This document shows, one piece after another, positions 16,627 to 26,555 of a stretch of DNA of 64,000 bases. Below the pieces are notes generated by a model that worked only from the letters and a program-made list of their open reading frames with translations, was not told where the DNA came from and searched no databases. Origin of the DNA: Bacteriovoracia bacterium (lineage in GTDB: Bacteria; Bdellovibrionota; UBA1018; JBFWNL01). Made by a program: the position numbers and the translations under genes. The stretch's first letter is position 1; each line of letters opens with the position of its first letter. The stretch lies in the NCBI GenBank assembly GCA_050251055.1, contig JBFWNL010000001.1:651825-715824 (forward strand), in the 5' to 3' direction.

Positions 16627-19600
16627 TGCTTCCATGCTTTGCAGCTCCCCTCCAGGTGCATGACCGCGCTTTTCTCGAAGCCGCCGGCATCTCCGTCCAG
16701 GCGCTTTAACGCCGACAAACATTCCCCGGCGTACTCGGCAACCTGCTCCGGATTCTTACTCACCGCCGCGCGCTCGGCTTGCGCCGCCGCCTCATGATAA
16801 GCTTGCGCAAACCGCCCTTTCTCCGCGCCCGCGTCGCGCGCCTTGCCTAAATAGGCCTGCGCGGTCTCGACGTCTCCCGTTCCGAAATGAACGGTCGCCA
16901 ATCCATCGTAAATCCAAGGCGCATCCGCGCCACGCCCCTTCGTCTTGGCGTGGATCTGCTGCCAAAGCGGTTTCGCTTTTCGAAATAGACGGTAGTAGTT
17001 CATCAAGCTCGCAAGATTGAGCTTAGCGGCGTCATGATAGTGGTCACCCTTCAACGCCTGCTTGAAAAGGTAGCTCGCCCGGGCCGCGCGTAGCCAGTCT
17101 TCGGGGCCTTCGCCGCCCAGAAGCACCACGCCCTGATTGTTGAACGCGGCGACATTGCGGGGCTCCAGCTCTAAAGCGCGCGCATAAGCTACGTCGGCCA
17201 ACAGCGGTTTGCCCGAGCCCATCAACACGTTGCCGTATTCAATCCAAGCCGCGGCGTCCTTCGGATTGTGCATCAACTTCTTGCGCACGCCCTCGGCGCT
17301 ATCGCCAGCGGCACCCGCCAAGCGGTAACGTCCCCGGGCGCCCTGCGCGCGATGTGGGGGACGGACTCCCAAGTCGGCCAGCTCATCCACGGTCTCGGGC
17401 ACCGCGGGGCTGTAGATCTCCGCCTCCACGGCCTTCTGGTAAGCCTGTGACCAGGTCTCGGCGGCTTTCTTGCGTAGCGGGTTACTCACATCAAAGAGCG
17501 ACTTGCGAAACTTTTCGATCGCCTTGGGCTGAGAGCCATCGGGAGGCTGGATACGATCCACCTCGGACGCGAACGTGTTCGTCCACTTCGCGAGCCGATA
17601 GAGCGAAGCAATTGCCCAAGGCCCGCCCACGTCGAGCGCGGCGAGGTAAGCCTTACTCAAACGCTCGAAAAACGAAAGCCGCTCGGTAAGGGCTTTCTGC
17701 AGGGCCGTCTCCGGTAGCACCAACGGGCTGAACTTGGTTTCTTCTTCAAGGATCTCCGCGATCCGGTAGCGGGCGTAACCGATAAAAGGAGAACGCCCCT
17801 CGCCCGCCCGCCCCGGCAGGGTCGAAACGCCTTGAAAGGAGGCGATCGCCCGCCGCGGATCCTTTAGGCGTGCCTGTAGGTCGCCCATGCGGGAGCCGCA
17901 CTCGGCCCGAAACTCCACCGGCACCACTTTGCCCTGGGCGCAACTCGCGTAAGCGCGTTCGGCCTCGCTTTCCTTGCCTTGGCGCTCAAAGGCGCGCCCC
18001 ATCTGCAAAAGGGTGGCCCACCGGTCGGTGCCGTTCTTATATATTTTCAAGGCGTCGTCGCGTGCGGCCTGGGCCTTGGAAACTTCTTCGGTGCCCTCAT
18101 AAATCCGCACCGCGGTCTCGAGCGACGCGGCGTCCGTGCCCTGCCGACCTAGGCGTCGAAACAACGCCGCCGAAGGGCTAAAATAGCCTTGGATCAGCAG
18201 CGACGTTGCCGTGCCCTTGGCCTCGGCGTATGCCGCGCGGCTGTTCGGATACTTATCCAGCCATTGATTCGCCAGTCGATCCATCGCGTCCCAGTCGCCG
18301 GACTTGGCGAAGGAACCCAAGGCGTTCGTGTAGGCTTTCTCCGAAAGGTCCGTGGATCCGGCGTTAGCCGCAAAAGTTTCGTAGGCCTTGCCAGCCGAGG
18401 CAAAGTCTTTTTCCTTTTCGTAGACGGCGATCTCGCCCACCCGGAGGCGGTGTTCGAGGTCGTCGATCTGTTTCTTCAGATGCCCGGAGTTTTCGCGCGC
18501 GTCGTAATCCATCAGGGCGCGGTTGCCCCGGATCTCTTGGTTCACTTCCGCCAGCTCGTGGGCCGCCGCGACGTAGCGTTTGGTTTCAGCCTGTTTGGGA
18601 TCGGGCAGGCGATCCGCCGCGACCTGCAGCCAAAGCTTGGCGGCCACGATCGCTTGCTTGGTAGACGGCGCATCTTTGACGATTTTGCGGGCGCGGCTTA
18701 CCGCCGAATCCTGCGTATCTTTATAGTCAGCCAGAAACTGCGCCGACTGCAGAGCCGCCGCGCGCGCTTCCGGAGAGCCCGGCAGGATATCCTGCAGCTC
18801 ATCGGAAGCCTCTACGAAGGTTTTCTCCAGTTCCGTCGGCTTCTCCGATCGCGCGCTCTTCGATTTTGGATTCGCTTTCGCGTATTTCTGAATAGCGTCG
18901 GAGAGCGTGCCCACCCAGAGCGCGGCCGCCTCCTTGGTATAACGCGGATCCTTCGACTTCACGACCTCGTGGTAGTAACCGGTCGATTGCTCGGGCTTAC
19001 CCAGCTCGCGCTTCACCTCGGCAACGTACATTTGAACTTCCGGCGTCTCGCGTCTCGGATCATCGCGCTTGAGAAAGTAGCCCAGATAAGCCTCGTAGTA
19101 AGCTTCGGCGATCTTCAATGAATCGCGGTCCGCCTTCTTCCGAAACTCCTCATGGTGCTCCGTCGCCGTCCGACGTACCATCGCCCGCAAATTCTGAAGG
19201 GCGGCGGAGGTGTCGTCGTCGCCTAGGCTGGGGATGTCGAGCTTACGGATCCGCTCGAGCGCGGGATTATAGCGTTTGCGGCGCAGATCCAAGTCCACGA
19301 GCTTCACGCTAACGCGAAAATGGGTGGCGGAATTGGGGTTCGTGCGCAGGAGGGATTCGTAAACGATCGCGGCCTTATCCGGTTGCACGCGCCGCTCGAA
19401 CTCCCGCCCTAAGCGCTCGAGCGTCTTGGGAAAGTAGGATTTGTCCCCCGCGACCTTTTGAAAGTAGGCGATCGCCTCCTCAACCTGGCCTTGCTCGGTC
19501 ATGAAGATGGCCATGTCGCGCAGGGCTTCTTCGCGGATGCTCAAGAACTTCTCTTCCGACGTCGAAGCTTGCGCCACGGCACGCTTCATCGTCTCCACCG

Positions 19601-20321
19601 CGCGGGAATACTGTTTCGTACGGTAATACGCCCAAGCCAAACGGTGATAAATCCCCGGCAAGAGATCGTTGGGTCGGGCGCGCAGGGCGAGCTCGAAGTA
19701 AGCCTGCGCCTTCGGCAACTCGTTTTGACGAAACGCCTCGTTACCCAGATACCGGTAGGCCTCCACCACGAACGGGCTGCGCGGGAATTTATCGGTCAAA
19801 AGCTGCGCGTAGAGCAGGCTGCGCTTGCGGTCGCCCAGTTCATCGTAGTTGAAGGTCAGAAAATAATAGACGCGGTCCATCTTCTCAAACGGGATATTGA
19901 ACGCGAGGATCTCTTTACAGGCCTGGATCCCGGCGGCCAAGAATTTACGCGAATGCGTCCGGTCGATCAGCTTGTCGGGCGTGCCATTCTCGAGCCGGCG
20001 CTCGTGCACGCGCCCCTCCAGCAAGAATGCGGCCCGGTAAGCCTCGAGGTAAATCTCCGCCAAACGGAAATATAGGTCGGCCATGCGGTTTGTCGGCAGG
20101 CGGCGGCCCAAGGCGATTCGAATCGTCTTGATTTCCTGATCATGAATGCTGCGAATCTGCGATTCGCGGCTGGTCTGCACGGCGCGCAGCTCTTCATCGG
20201 TATAAGCCGCTTCGGCGGACCAGCTCGTGGCCGCCAGAAAGAAGAAAATCCCTAGCGCTAACGCGACGGCCGCGAGGCTACGAAGCGCCAGACTGGCATT
20301 CTGATTCGAGTCCAAAGACAT
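16623..20321 (-). CDS. Large secreted TPR protein, GltD/AgmU-like with a GltE/AglT-like C-terminal TPR block
   Basis: Signal peptide and multiple TPRs (LYFRLAEIY, YHRLAWAYY, EEALRD); sits between the gltC-like and gltF-like genes. Confidence 0.75.
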   Translation of the reverse strand: MSLDSNQNASLALRSLAAVALALGIFFFLAATSWSAEAAYTDEELRAVQTSRESQIRSIHDQEIKTIRIALGRRLPTNRMADLYFRLAEIYLEAYRAAFLLEGRVHERRLENGTPDKLIDRTHSRKFLAAGIQACKEILAFNIPFEKMDRVYYFLTFNYDELGDRKRSLLYAQLLTDKFPRSPFVVEAYRYLGNEAFRQNELPKAQAYFELALRARPNDLLPGIYHRLAWAYYRTKQYSRAVETMKRAVAQASTSEEKFLSIREEALRDMAIFMTEQGQVEEAIAYFQKVAGDKSYFPKTLERLGREFERRVQPDKAAIVYESLLRTNPNSATHFRVSVKLVDLDLRRKRYNPALERIRKLDIPSLGDDDTSAALQNLRAMVRRTATEHHEEFRKKADRDSLKIAEAYYEAYLGYFLKRDDPRRETPEVQMYVAEVKRELGKPEQSTGYYHEVVKSKDPRYTKEAAALWVGTLSDAIQKYAKANPKSKSARSEKPTELEKTFVEASDELQDILPGSPEARAAALQSAQFLADYKDTQDSAVSRARKIVKDAPSTKQAIVAAKLWLQVAADRLPDPKQAETKRYVAAAHELAEVNQEIRGNRALMDYDARENSGHLKKQIDDLEHRLRVGEIAVYEKEKDFASAGKAYETFAANAGSTDLSEKAYTNALGSFAKSGDWDAMDRLANQWLDKYPNSRAAYAEAKGTATSLLIQGYFSPSAALFRRLGRQGTDAASLETAVRIYEGTEEVSKAQAARDDALKIYKNGTDRWATLLQMGRAFERQGKESEAERAYASCAQGKVVPVEFRAECGSRMGDLQARLKDPRRAIASFQGVSTLPGRAGEGRSPFIGYARYRIAEILEEETKFSPLVLPETALQKALTERLSFFERLSKAYLAALDVGGPWAIASLYRLAKWTNTFASEVDRIQPPDGSQPKAIEKFRKSLFDVSNPLRKKAAETWSQAYQKAVEAEIYSPAVPETVDELADLGVRPPHRAQGARGRYRLAGAAGDSAEGVRKKLMHNPKDAAAWIEYGNVLMGSGKPLLADVAYARALELEPRNVAAFNNQGVVLLGGEGPEDWLRAARASYLFKQALKGDHYHDAAKLNLASLMNYYRLFRKAKPLWQQIHAKTKGRGADAPWIYDGLATVHFGTGDVETAQAYLGKARDAGAEKGRFAQAYHEAAAQAERAAVSKNPEQVAEYAGECLSALKRLDGDAGGFEKSAVMHLEGSCKAWKQ

Positions 20322-21861
20322 AGTCCCCTATCTCATCGTTCCAAAACTCACCATTGAACGTCCAAAAGTACTGGTCGTCGCGCCGAGATGGCTCGACGTT
20401 CCCGCGCGAGCGCTCCTCGCTGGCCGACTTTCCGTAGATCAGCTTCTCCTTCGTACGGCTGAGCATCTCCACCTTAATGAAAGACATCTTTTCGAAGTCC
20501 GACAGTAGAATGGAGTAGTAATCCAGCAGGCTGTTCTTCACGAACGCCCCGCCGAGCTGCCGCAGCACGTTCCGCTTCCAACCCAAGACCTGGCGCAAGA
20601 ATCCAGGAAAGCCCTGGTTTTTTTCGTGCGACACCCCCGGCTGCAGCTGGTCGAACTGCGTAATCGCGTTCAGCTCGCCGTTGAGGCTGTTCTCGGCCAC
20701 GACCAGGCTCTGGAAATAAGGGCCGCGGATGAAGCGGTTGATCAGCCGGTAAAACTGATTCTGGGTGGTCCACGGTGTTTGCAGGGCCTGCCGACCTTCG
20801 CGGTGGAAAACATAGAGATTGGTGCTGTTCGCTTCGATGAAGCGCTTGAGATCCTCGCCGAGCTTCGCATATTTGGCATTGAACTCGTCGATGACCTTGT
20901 TCGTGTCAGCGTAGAGGCAAAGCGCGAGATAGGTCTGCGCCCGCAGCACGTCCACCTCGGTGTTGAACACGAAGCTTAGCCCCGGGCTCTTATAAGAAAC
21001 GAGCTTACCCAGCGTGCGGTTGTATTCCTTGCGTGCGAACGAGTTCCAAGCTTGCTCGAATAGAATATCGGTCCAAACGAAGGTTTTCTTGGCGATCTGG
21101 TCGTACTCGTAATCAGCCTGCGAGAAATCCTCCATCTGGTACAGGGTGCGCGCCACGCCCGCTTGGCAGCGCGCCTCAAGGTCCTCCGCCAGCTGGCGGC
21201 GTTGCCGGCGCCAAGCGCTCGTGACGCCTTTACGCGTTTGCGCGGTATCGCCTATCTGCTCGGCCCGATTCACGCACTCGCGAAAGTCCGCTAACGCCGC
21301 CTGATTCTGCCCGTTGATCGCCCGCGCGGAAGCGCGCATCTGGAGGGCAAACGGCCAGAGCGGGCTCGCCGTCGAAACGCCGCTCAGGTACTCGATGGCC
21401 TTGCGCTCGTCGCCGCGCAGGAGCGCGGTTTTGCCCAGCGACATAAGATATGCGCTTCGGTTAACGGCGTCGTAATCATCGTTCGAGGTATATTCGACCA
21501 GGTACTTGCGGAAGAGATCCGGCCCGGACTGCACCAGGAATTCTTGGGTGCGGGGCAAGACCTTGCGGATCGCTTCCTTGTCCTTCGTCTGCAGGGTGCG
21601 GATGAAGAAATAGGCCGCCGAGTGGTCTAGTCCCGCCGACGCGAGCGACTGGGTGATCAACGCGTAGATTTCCGGCTTGCGCGCCTCGCCGTCATCCAGC
21701 GCCGAGAACGCGTAGCGGGCGGCCTTGAAATACTGGCCCGCTTGCTGAAGCGCGCGCGCCTGTTTCAGCGCTTCCTCGGCTTCCGCCGGCCCAGCCAACC
21801 CCGTCTGCGGCCACGCCGCCAGGAGCACGACCAAGAGCCCGGGAAAAAACCCAAACCTCAT
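20278..21861 (-). CDS. GltC-like secreted TPR protein
   Basis: Signal peptide, TPRs, ILFEQAW...TLGKL and C-terminal YFWTFNGEFWNDEIGDY...C. Confidence 0.78.
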   Translation of the reverse strand: MRFGFFPGLLVVLLAAWPQTGLAGPAEAEEALKQARALQQAGQYFKAARYAFSALDDGEARKPEIYALITQSLASAGLDHSAAYFFIRTLQTKDKEAIRKVLPRTQEFLVQSGPDLFRKYLVEYTSNDDYDAVNRSAYLMSLGKTALLRGDERKAIEYLSGVSTASPLWPFALQMRASARAINGQNQAALADFRECVNRAEQIGDTAQTRKGVTSAWRRQRRQLAEDLEARCQAGVARTLYQMEDFSQADYEYDQIAKKTFVWTDILFEQAWNSFARKEYNRTLGKLVSYKSPGLSFVFNTEVDVLRAQTYLALCLYADTNKVIDEFNAKYAKLGEDLKRFIEANSTNLYVFHREGRQALQTPWTTQNQFYRLINRFIRGPYFQSLVVAENSLNGELNAITQFDQLQPGVSHEKNQGFPGFLRQVLGWKRNVLRQLGGAFVKNSLLDYYSILLSDFEKMSFIKVEMLSRTKEKLIYGKSASEERSRGNVEPSRRDDQYFWTFNGEFWNDEIGDYVFGLESECQSGAS

Positions 21862-22688
21862 AGCTTCACCCCGATGCCGAAATTGAAGTTGTAGTTGCTA
21901 AAGAGGCTGCTGTTGCCCGCGTTGCCGAAAAGCGGCGCGGTATAGAGCGCGCCCATGAAATCCAAGCGGACGATCCACTTCTGGTTCAGGTGATACTGGT
22001 GACCAGTACCCACCATGAAGGCGAACAGACTTTGCTGGATGAAATTCGACGGGGCCCCCACCAGAGTGTTGGTGTCGAGGTAAGAGTTCAGCGAACCCAG
22101 GCCGGCCGAAAAATACCAATCGAAGTACAGAACGGTGTTGAAGACGTTGATCTTCGCGTACCACGGGGACCAGTGGGCGAGCAGCCCGTACTGGGAGCGA
22201 ATCTCACGGATCACCGGTAATGCGCTGGTGGTGGAAGTGTTCCGGGAGAGCGCGTTGTACGTGTTGTTCTGCACGTTCGAGGTAAAGGTTCCGAAAACCT
22301 CGATACCGAGCGATTCAGAAAGATAATACGCCACGCGCGGCTCGAGGTTGTAGGTATTGCGGTAAGGATTGGAGGTGCCGATCCCCGTCATGAGCGTGAA
22401 GAGCGCGTGATTCGCCTTGCGAAACTTGCGATTCTGCAGCACGTAAATCCGCTTGTCGGGATCGAGCCAGCTGAAATCGTAAGTGTCGTCGTCGTCCTTG
22501 TCCCGGGCCGCGGCGGGTTCGCGCTCGCTTGAGGCCTGCGACGTCGTGAGCGCCGAAGGCTCGTAAGCGTCGTAGACTTCGACCTGGGGTACGGGAGGAG
22601 CGCCGTCGATCGGCGCGTCAGCGGCGAACGCCGGTGTCATTCCAGCAAATAAACAAACAACTGCGATGCGGGTACGGAAACGTCCCAT
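21858..22688 (-). CDS. Outer-membrane beta-barrel protein (GltA/GltB-like)
   Basis: Signal peptide, IYVLQNRKF, WSPWYAKINVF and amphipathic beta strands. GGAGG SD; first gene of the glt-like operon. Confidence 0.78.
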   Translation of the reverse strand: MGRFRTRIAVVCLFAGMTPAFAADAPIDGAPPVPQVEVYDAYEPSALTTSQASSEREPAAARDKDDDDTYDFSWLDPDKRIYVLQNRKFRKANHALFTLMTGIGTSNPYRNTYNLEPRVAYYLSESLGIEVFGTFTSNVQNNTYNALSRNTSTTSALPVIREIRSQYGLLAHWSPWYAKINVFNTVLYFDWYFSAGLGSLNSYLDTNTLVGAPSNFIQQSLFAFMVGTGHQYHLNQKWIVRLDFMGALYTAPLFGNAGNSSLFSNYNFNFGIGVKL

Positions 22689-22849
22689 TTCATCACCCTC
22701 CTTGGAGATGACAACGTCGATGCAATACGTGCAATGCTTGCCGTTCTAAATGCTGTGGCTTTTCACTACCTTAAGTACCAAGTTTAACTGCCGGTCCGCC
22801 AAAAGCAAAGCTTTTGCGCCAATCGTCAGCCTGATCGAAAATAACGGCT

Positions 22850-25800
22850 TCAGCTATCCAGGACGGAAGTGGCGCCAGTTTTTTGACTCTTCGCTTGTAG
22901 GCCCTCGGGGCAATCAGGACGAAACACGCAATGCGAGCACTCCGGACCCGGTTGGGGCCGCCCAAAATCCCCGTCCACCAAAGCATTCGCCGCTTCGGTC
23001 AATCGGGCCAACTCTTCCGGCCAAGGCGTGGATATCCAATCCGGTAGCGTCAGAGGTACCTCACGCACACCGTCGGAGGTGATTTGCACCAGCACTGCCC
23101 GGGTCTTTCCTCGAGCGGCAGGTTCCAATCTTCCCAACGCCCATGCGTAAAGTTCCATCTGGAAGCGATAGTCCGCCTCGAGCGCGGCGGTCGACTTTCG
23201 GGGGCCGGTCACTTTGAAATCCAACACGCACCACTCGTCACCGATGCGCGCTACACGATCCATGGCCCCCACCAGCACGTCATCGAGTTTCGCGCCGACG
23301 GGAATTTCGAAGGCAAGCTCCGGCCAGGCGGCGTCGGCCTGGAACCAAGGCGTGCTCTCCGCCCATCGCACGAGCGCGTCAGCATCGAAGCGCGCGGCCG
23401 TTCCGTCGTCGCCGAGGCTAACGTCCCTCAACGCGCGCAGCTTTTCCGCGGTTTCGGCGATGGTCGCGCGGGTGCCTAGGTGCTCGAGGCATTCGTGGAT
23501 GCGCGTACCGAGTTCCCGCGCGTCGATGCCTTGGGAGCTGGGCGCCTGGCTTTCGGCACCCCCACCTTCGTTGACGAACTTCGCAAGCACGGGCGAGGCG
23601 AACGAGGAGGCCGGGCGTGGGCGAATCACGTTCCACTCGTAGGCCCGGGGGCACTTTTTCAACAGGTTCCATTCGGTGACGCTGAAACGGGGCCGACGCC
23701 AGCTGACCCGAGGCGCGGTGGACGGCGAGAGCGGCCCAAGGCTTGGGTTTCGTGGGGTCTCCATGTTCGGAACGGGAACCTCCCGCTCACCCTCCGATCC
23801 AGAAGTGGCCGAGGAGGCGGGCAGGATTCGGTCCAGTGGCTGCGCGTCGGCCTCGATCCAGCCGCGCCAGTTGTCCTCAAGGTAGATCGCGCCCGGCTCC
23901 GCCGCCTTTGCGGGACGTCCGGAGGGCCGCGCCGCCGCCTTATCGGGAAGCATCGCTAGCACGAGACGCTCCTGGGCGCGCGTCAGCGCTACGTAAAAGA
24001 GGCGCTTGGATTCGGCTAAGTTTTTTCGACTCTCGCTCTCCCGCCAAAGCTCTTCTTCCGGATCGCCCCGATCCCGCTCGCCGTCTTCGTTCCGCTGGGC
24101 GAGATAGGCGCCGTCCACGCGATCCCAAAACAGCAGCGGCGCATTCGGCGCGCGCGTCTTGCCCTCCAAGTCGACCAGAATCACGTGCGGAAACTCCAGC
24201 CCTTTGGACGCGTGCAGGGTGAGTACGCGCAGCTGCCCGCGGTTCCGCGGCGGGGGCACGTCCCGCTCGCGTTTGCTTGCCTCCACCGCGCGCGCGAGCT
24301 CGAGCACCGTCGCGTGAAAGTCCAGGCCCTCCGCTGAAAACTCCTCACAGCGATGCCATAGTCCGAGCAGCTGCGCCCCCAGCTCCGCTTCGATCGTGGA
24401 GTCGGCTAGTAACGCGAGCAAGAGTTCGCCCGGGCGCGGGGCGCGCGCGCGCCAAGGCGCCAACGTGCGCGCCAGCAAACCGGCGGTCAGCGCCGCCATG
24501 GGTGATTCGCTCGGCGCCGCGTTCGCCAGCGCGAAAAATGGCTTTACCCAAGTGGGATCCTGTCGCGACCACTCGTCGAGCACCAGGTCGGGCGTCCCCA
24601 CCCAGGGCGCACGCAGGAAAATCGCGCCGGAGAGCGTGTTTTGTGGGTCATCCCACCACTTCAAAAAAGCGACGAGTTCGCGAACGCGAGGGTCATCCCA
24701 AAACAACCCACCGCTACCAATGGCCAGCGGCACGCCCCGCTTGGCCAAGCCTTGGATCCACTTCTCGTTGCCGCGGATCTTGCGCAGGAGCAACGCGAAG
24801 TTCTCCAACCCCACCCCATCCGCCTGCTCGGCGAGCAACCAGTCCGCCAACCCTGACGGCTCCGTCAGATCCAAACGTAGGACTTCGGATCCGCCGACGG
24901 AAGGGCGCTGCGGGGCAAGCGCCTCGAAACGCAGATCGGAGCTGGGAAACGCTTCCGCGCAAACGCGGTTGGCGAATTCAATAATGCCGGGACGACTGCG
25001 GAAGTTCCGCGTGAGCGAAAGCTTCACGGGCATGCGCTCGCAGAACTGGTCGAAGAGCGTGACGTCGGCGTCGCGAAAGCGGTAAATCGACTGCTTGGGG
25101 TCCCCGACCACGCAGAGATTGGAGAGATCCGGGCGCGCGAGACGCTCGATAATTCGCGCTTGCACCGGATTCGTGTCCTGGAATTCGTCGACGAGCACCA
25201 TTTGGAAACGAGCGTGGTACTGGGCGCGCACTGCGGGATCGGCCAGCGCCCGGTCAGCGAACCGCTCCAGATCGTCGAAGTCGAGCCAACCGCGGCGGCG
25301 TTTCAGCTGGGCGTAATGCTGAATCACGTAGCTCGCCACCTCGACCAACGCGCGCGTGTCGGCGTCGCCCGGTAGGCGCTCCAACACTCCGAAGCTCATC
25401 AATCCCTTCACGCGGCCCAAGAGCTGGACGAGACCGGCCTGGCTTTCACGCCCCATCAAGCGGTCGAGTGCCGCCTGCACCTCGTCGGGCAAATCCTCGA
25501 ACCAAAGACGATCGAGCGCAGCTTCCCAGAGCAGCGTCGATTCGGCCTCGGAAATGATCGACTCCTCGCCATCAAGACCCACCGCACGCGCGTTCTCGCG
25601 CAGGATCGCGCCACAAAGCCCGTGAATGGTCATCACCCAGTGGCGATCGAGCACGCTTTGCCCATGGCCAATGCCCGCGCGACGCGCGAGCTGTTTGCGC
25701 AGATCTTCGGCGGAACGCTCCGTGAAAGACACCGCGGCGAACTTCGCCTTTGGATCGCGGAGCAGGAGTTCCCGGCACTTCAGAACCAGTGTCGTGGTCT

Positions 25801-25927
25801 TGCCCGAGCCCGCCCCGGCCGTGACGGCCAAGCCCCGGCCCCACTCGTTCACCACGGCGGATTGCTCTTCGGAAAGGCGGATTTCGTTTGGGGAAGCGGC
25901 GGAAGTCACGTCCCACGGAGCTATCAC
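22850..25927 (-). CDS. UvrD/AddA-like SF1 helicase fused to a PD-(D/E)XK nuclease with four Cys (probable Fe-S cluster)
   Basis: Helicase motifs AGAGSGKT, DEFQD, VGDPKQSIYRFR, HASKGLEF and YVALTRA; nuclease GAMDR...LDFK...QMELY; Cys motifs CPRAY and CSHCVFRPDC. Confidence 0.9.
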   Translation of the reverse strand: MIAPWDVTSAASPNEIRLSEEQSAVVNEWGRGLAVTAGAGSGKTTTLVLKCRELLLRDPKAKFAAVSFTERSAEDLRKQLARRAGIGHGQSVLDRHWVMTIHGLCGAILRENARAVGLDGEESIISEAESTLLWEAALDRLWFEDLPDEVQAALDRLMGRESQAGLVQLLGRVKGLMSFGVLERLPGDADTRALVEVASYVIQHYAQLKRRRGWLDFDDLERFADRALADPAVRAQYHARFQMVLVDEFQDTNPVQARIIERLARPDLSNLCVVGDPKQSIYRFRDADVTLFDQFCERMPVKLSLTRNFRSRPGIIEFANRVCAEAFPSSDLRFEALAPQRPSVGGSEVLRLDLTEPSGLADWLLAEQADGVGLENFALLLRKIRGNEKWIQGLAKRGVPLAIGSGGLFWDDPRVRELVAFLKWWDDPQNTLSGAIFLRAPWVGTPDLVLDEWSRQDPTWVKPFFALANAAPSESPMAALTAGLLARTLAPWRARAPRPGELLLALLADSTIEAELGAQLLGLWHRCEEFSAEGLDFHATVLELARAVEASKRERDVPPPRNRGQLRVLTLHASKGLEFPHVILVDLEGKTRAPNAPLLFWDRVDGAYLAQRNEDGERDRGDPEEELWRESESRKNLAESKRLFYVALTRAQERLVLAMLPDKAAARPSGRPAKAAEPGAIYLEDNWRGWIEADAQPLDRILPASSATSGSEGEREVPVPNMETPRNPSLGPLSPSTAPRVSWRRPRFSVTEWNLLKKCPRAYEWNVIRPRPASSFASPVLAKFVNEGGGAESQAPSSQGIDARELGTRIHECLEHLGTRATIAETAEKLRALRDVSLGDDGTAARFDADALVRWAESTPWFQADAAWPELAFEIPVGAKLDDVLVGAMDRVARIGDEWCVLDFKVTGPRKSTAALEADYRFQMELYAWALGRLEPAARGKTRAVLVQITSDGVREVPLTLPDWISTPWPEELARLTEAANALVDGDFGRPQPGPECSHCVFRPDCPEGLQAKSQKTGATSVLDS

Positions 25928-25966
25928 ATTTTTTTAAAACGTGGATTACCTAAGGAAAATCGATAT

Positions 25967-25995
25967 TTGACAATATGCGTTATAGCTTGTAGATA
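25967..25995 (+). promoter_or_regulatory. Putative sigma70-type promoter
   Basis: TTGACA-N17-TAGATA upstream of the 26032 gene. Confidence 0.5.
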
Positions 25996-26031
25996 CGGGA
26001 TCCGAGCCCATTTTAAGTGGAGAATATATTT

Positions 26032-26538
26032 ATGAAGATGTTCGCGATCTTAGCGGTTACCGGCGGCCTTTCTACCTTATCGTTAATGCCCGCTAGGGCA
26101 GATACGACGGTCCAAGTGATCCGCGTATCGAACCAAAATCTCCAACAGGTCTCGACGACCCTGACGGATTGCGTGGACCTCCCGCCGGGCCAGCGCAACA
26201 ACGCGAATAAATCGACGAGCCTGGTTACGACCCTCCAGCTTAGCACCGGCGTTACCCTCATCCAGACACAGAAGCAGGAGTGGGACGCGAACTATTATAC
26301 CGCCGCTGCCGGGTATGGCTGTGAGTATTTTCAGCAACAGCTCGCAGCCAGTGCGGAAGCCTTTCTCTTGGATCTCCATTCCATACGGGAAAACGACACT
26401 TTCCGCGAAGGGCCAAACGAAGGGTGTTACAGCAAAGTCCGGGACTTCCGGGTGGTCGTCAAGAATCCCGAAGAGCGATCTTTCAACCTGAACGGCGCCC
26501 TGGGGCGCGAACTCAAAGTCGCGGTCCGTTGTCCTTAA
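26032..26538 (+). CDS. Secreted hypothetical protein (paralog 1)
   Basis: Signal peptide, four Cys, LHSIREND...VRDFRVVV...VAVRCP; GGAG SD. Confidence 0.75.
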   Translation: MKMFAILAVTGGLSTLSLMPARADTTVQVIRVSNQNLQQVSTTLTDCVDLPPGQRNNANKSTSLVTTLQLSTGVTLIQTQKQEWDANYYTAAAGYGCEYFQQQLAASAEAFLLDLHSIRENDTFREGPNEGCYSKVRDFRVVVKNPEERSFNLNGALGRELKVAVRCP

Positions 26539-26555
26539 GAAAGGCTGCTTAATAT

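Noticed and set aside
22720-22745. GGCAAGCATTGCACGTATTGCA upstream of the glt-like operon as a sigma54 promoter
   Set aside because: GG-to-GC spacing is wrong. The TTGCA repeat might bind a regulator but has no other support.
22850-23700. Cas4-like nuclease domain as evidence of CRISPR-Cas
   Set aside because: It is fused to a UvrD-type helicase, and no repeat-spacer array or other cas gene was seen in the window.
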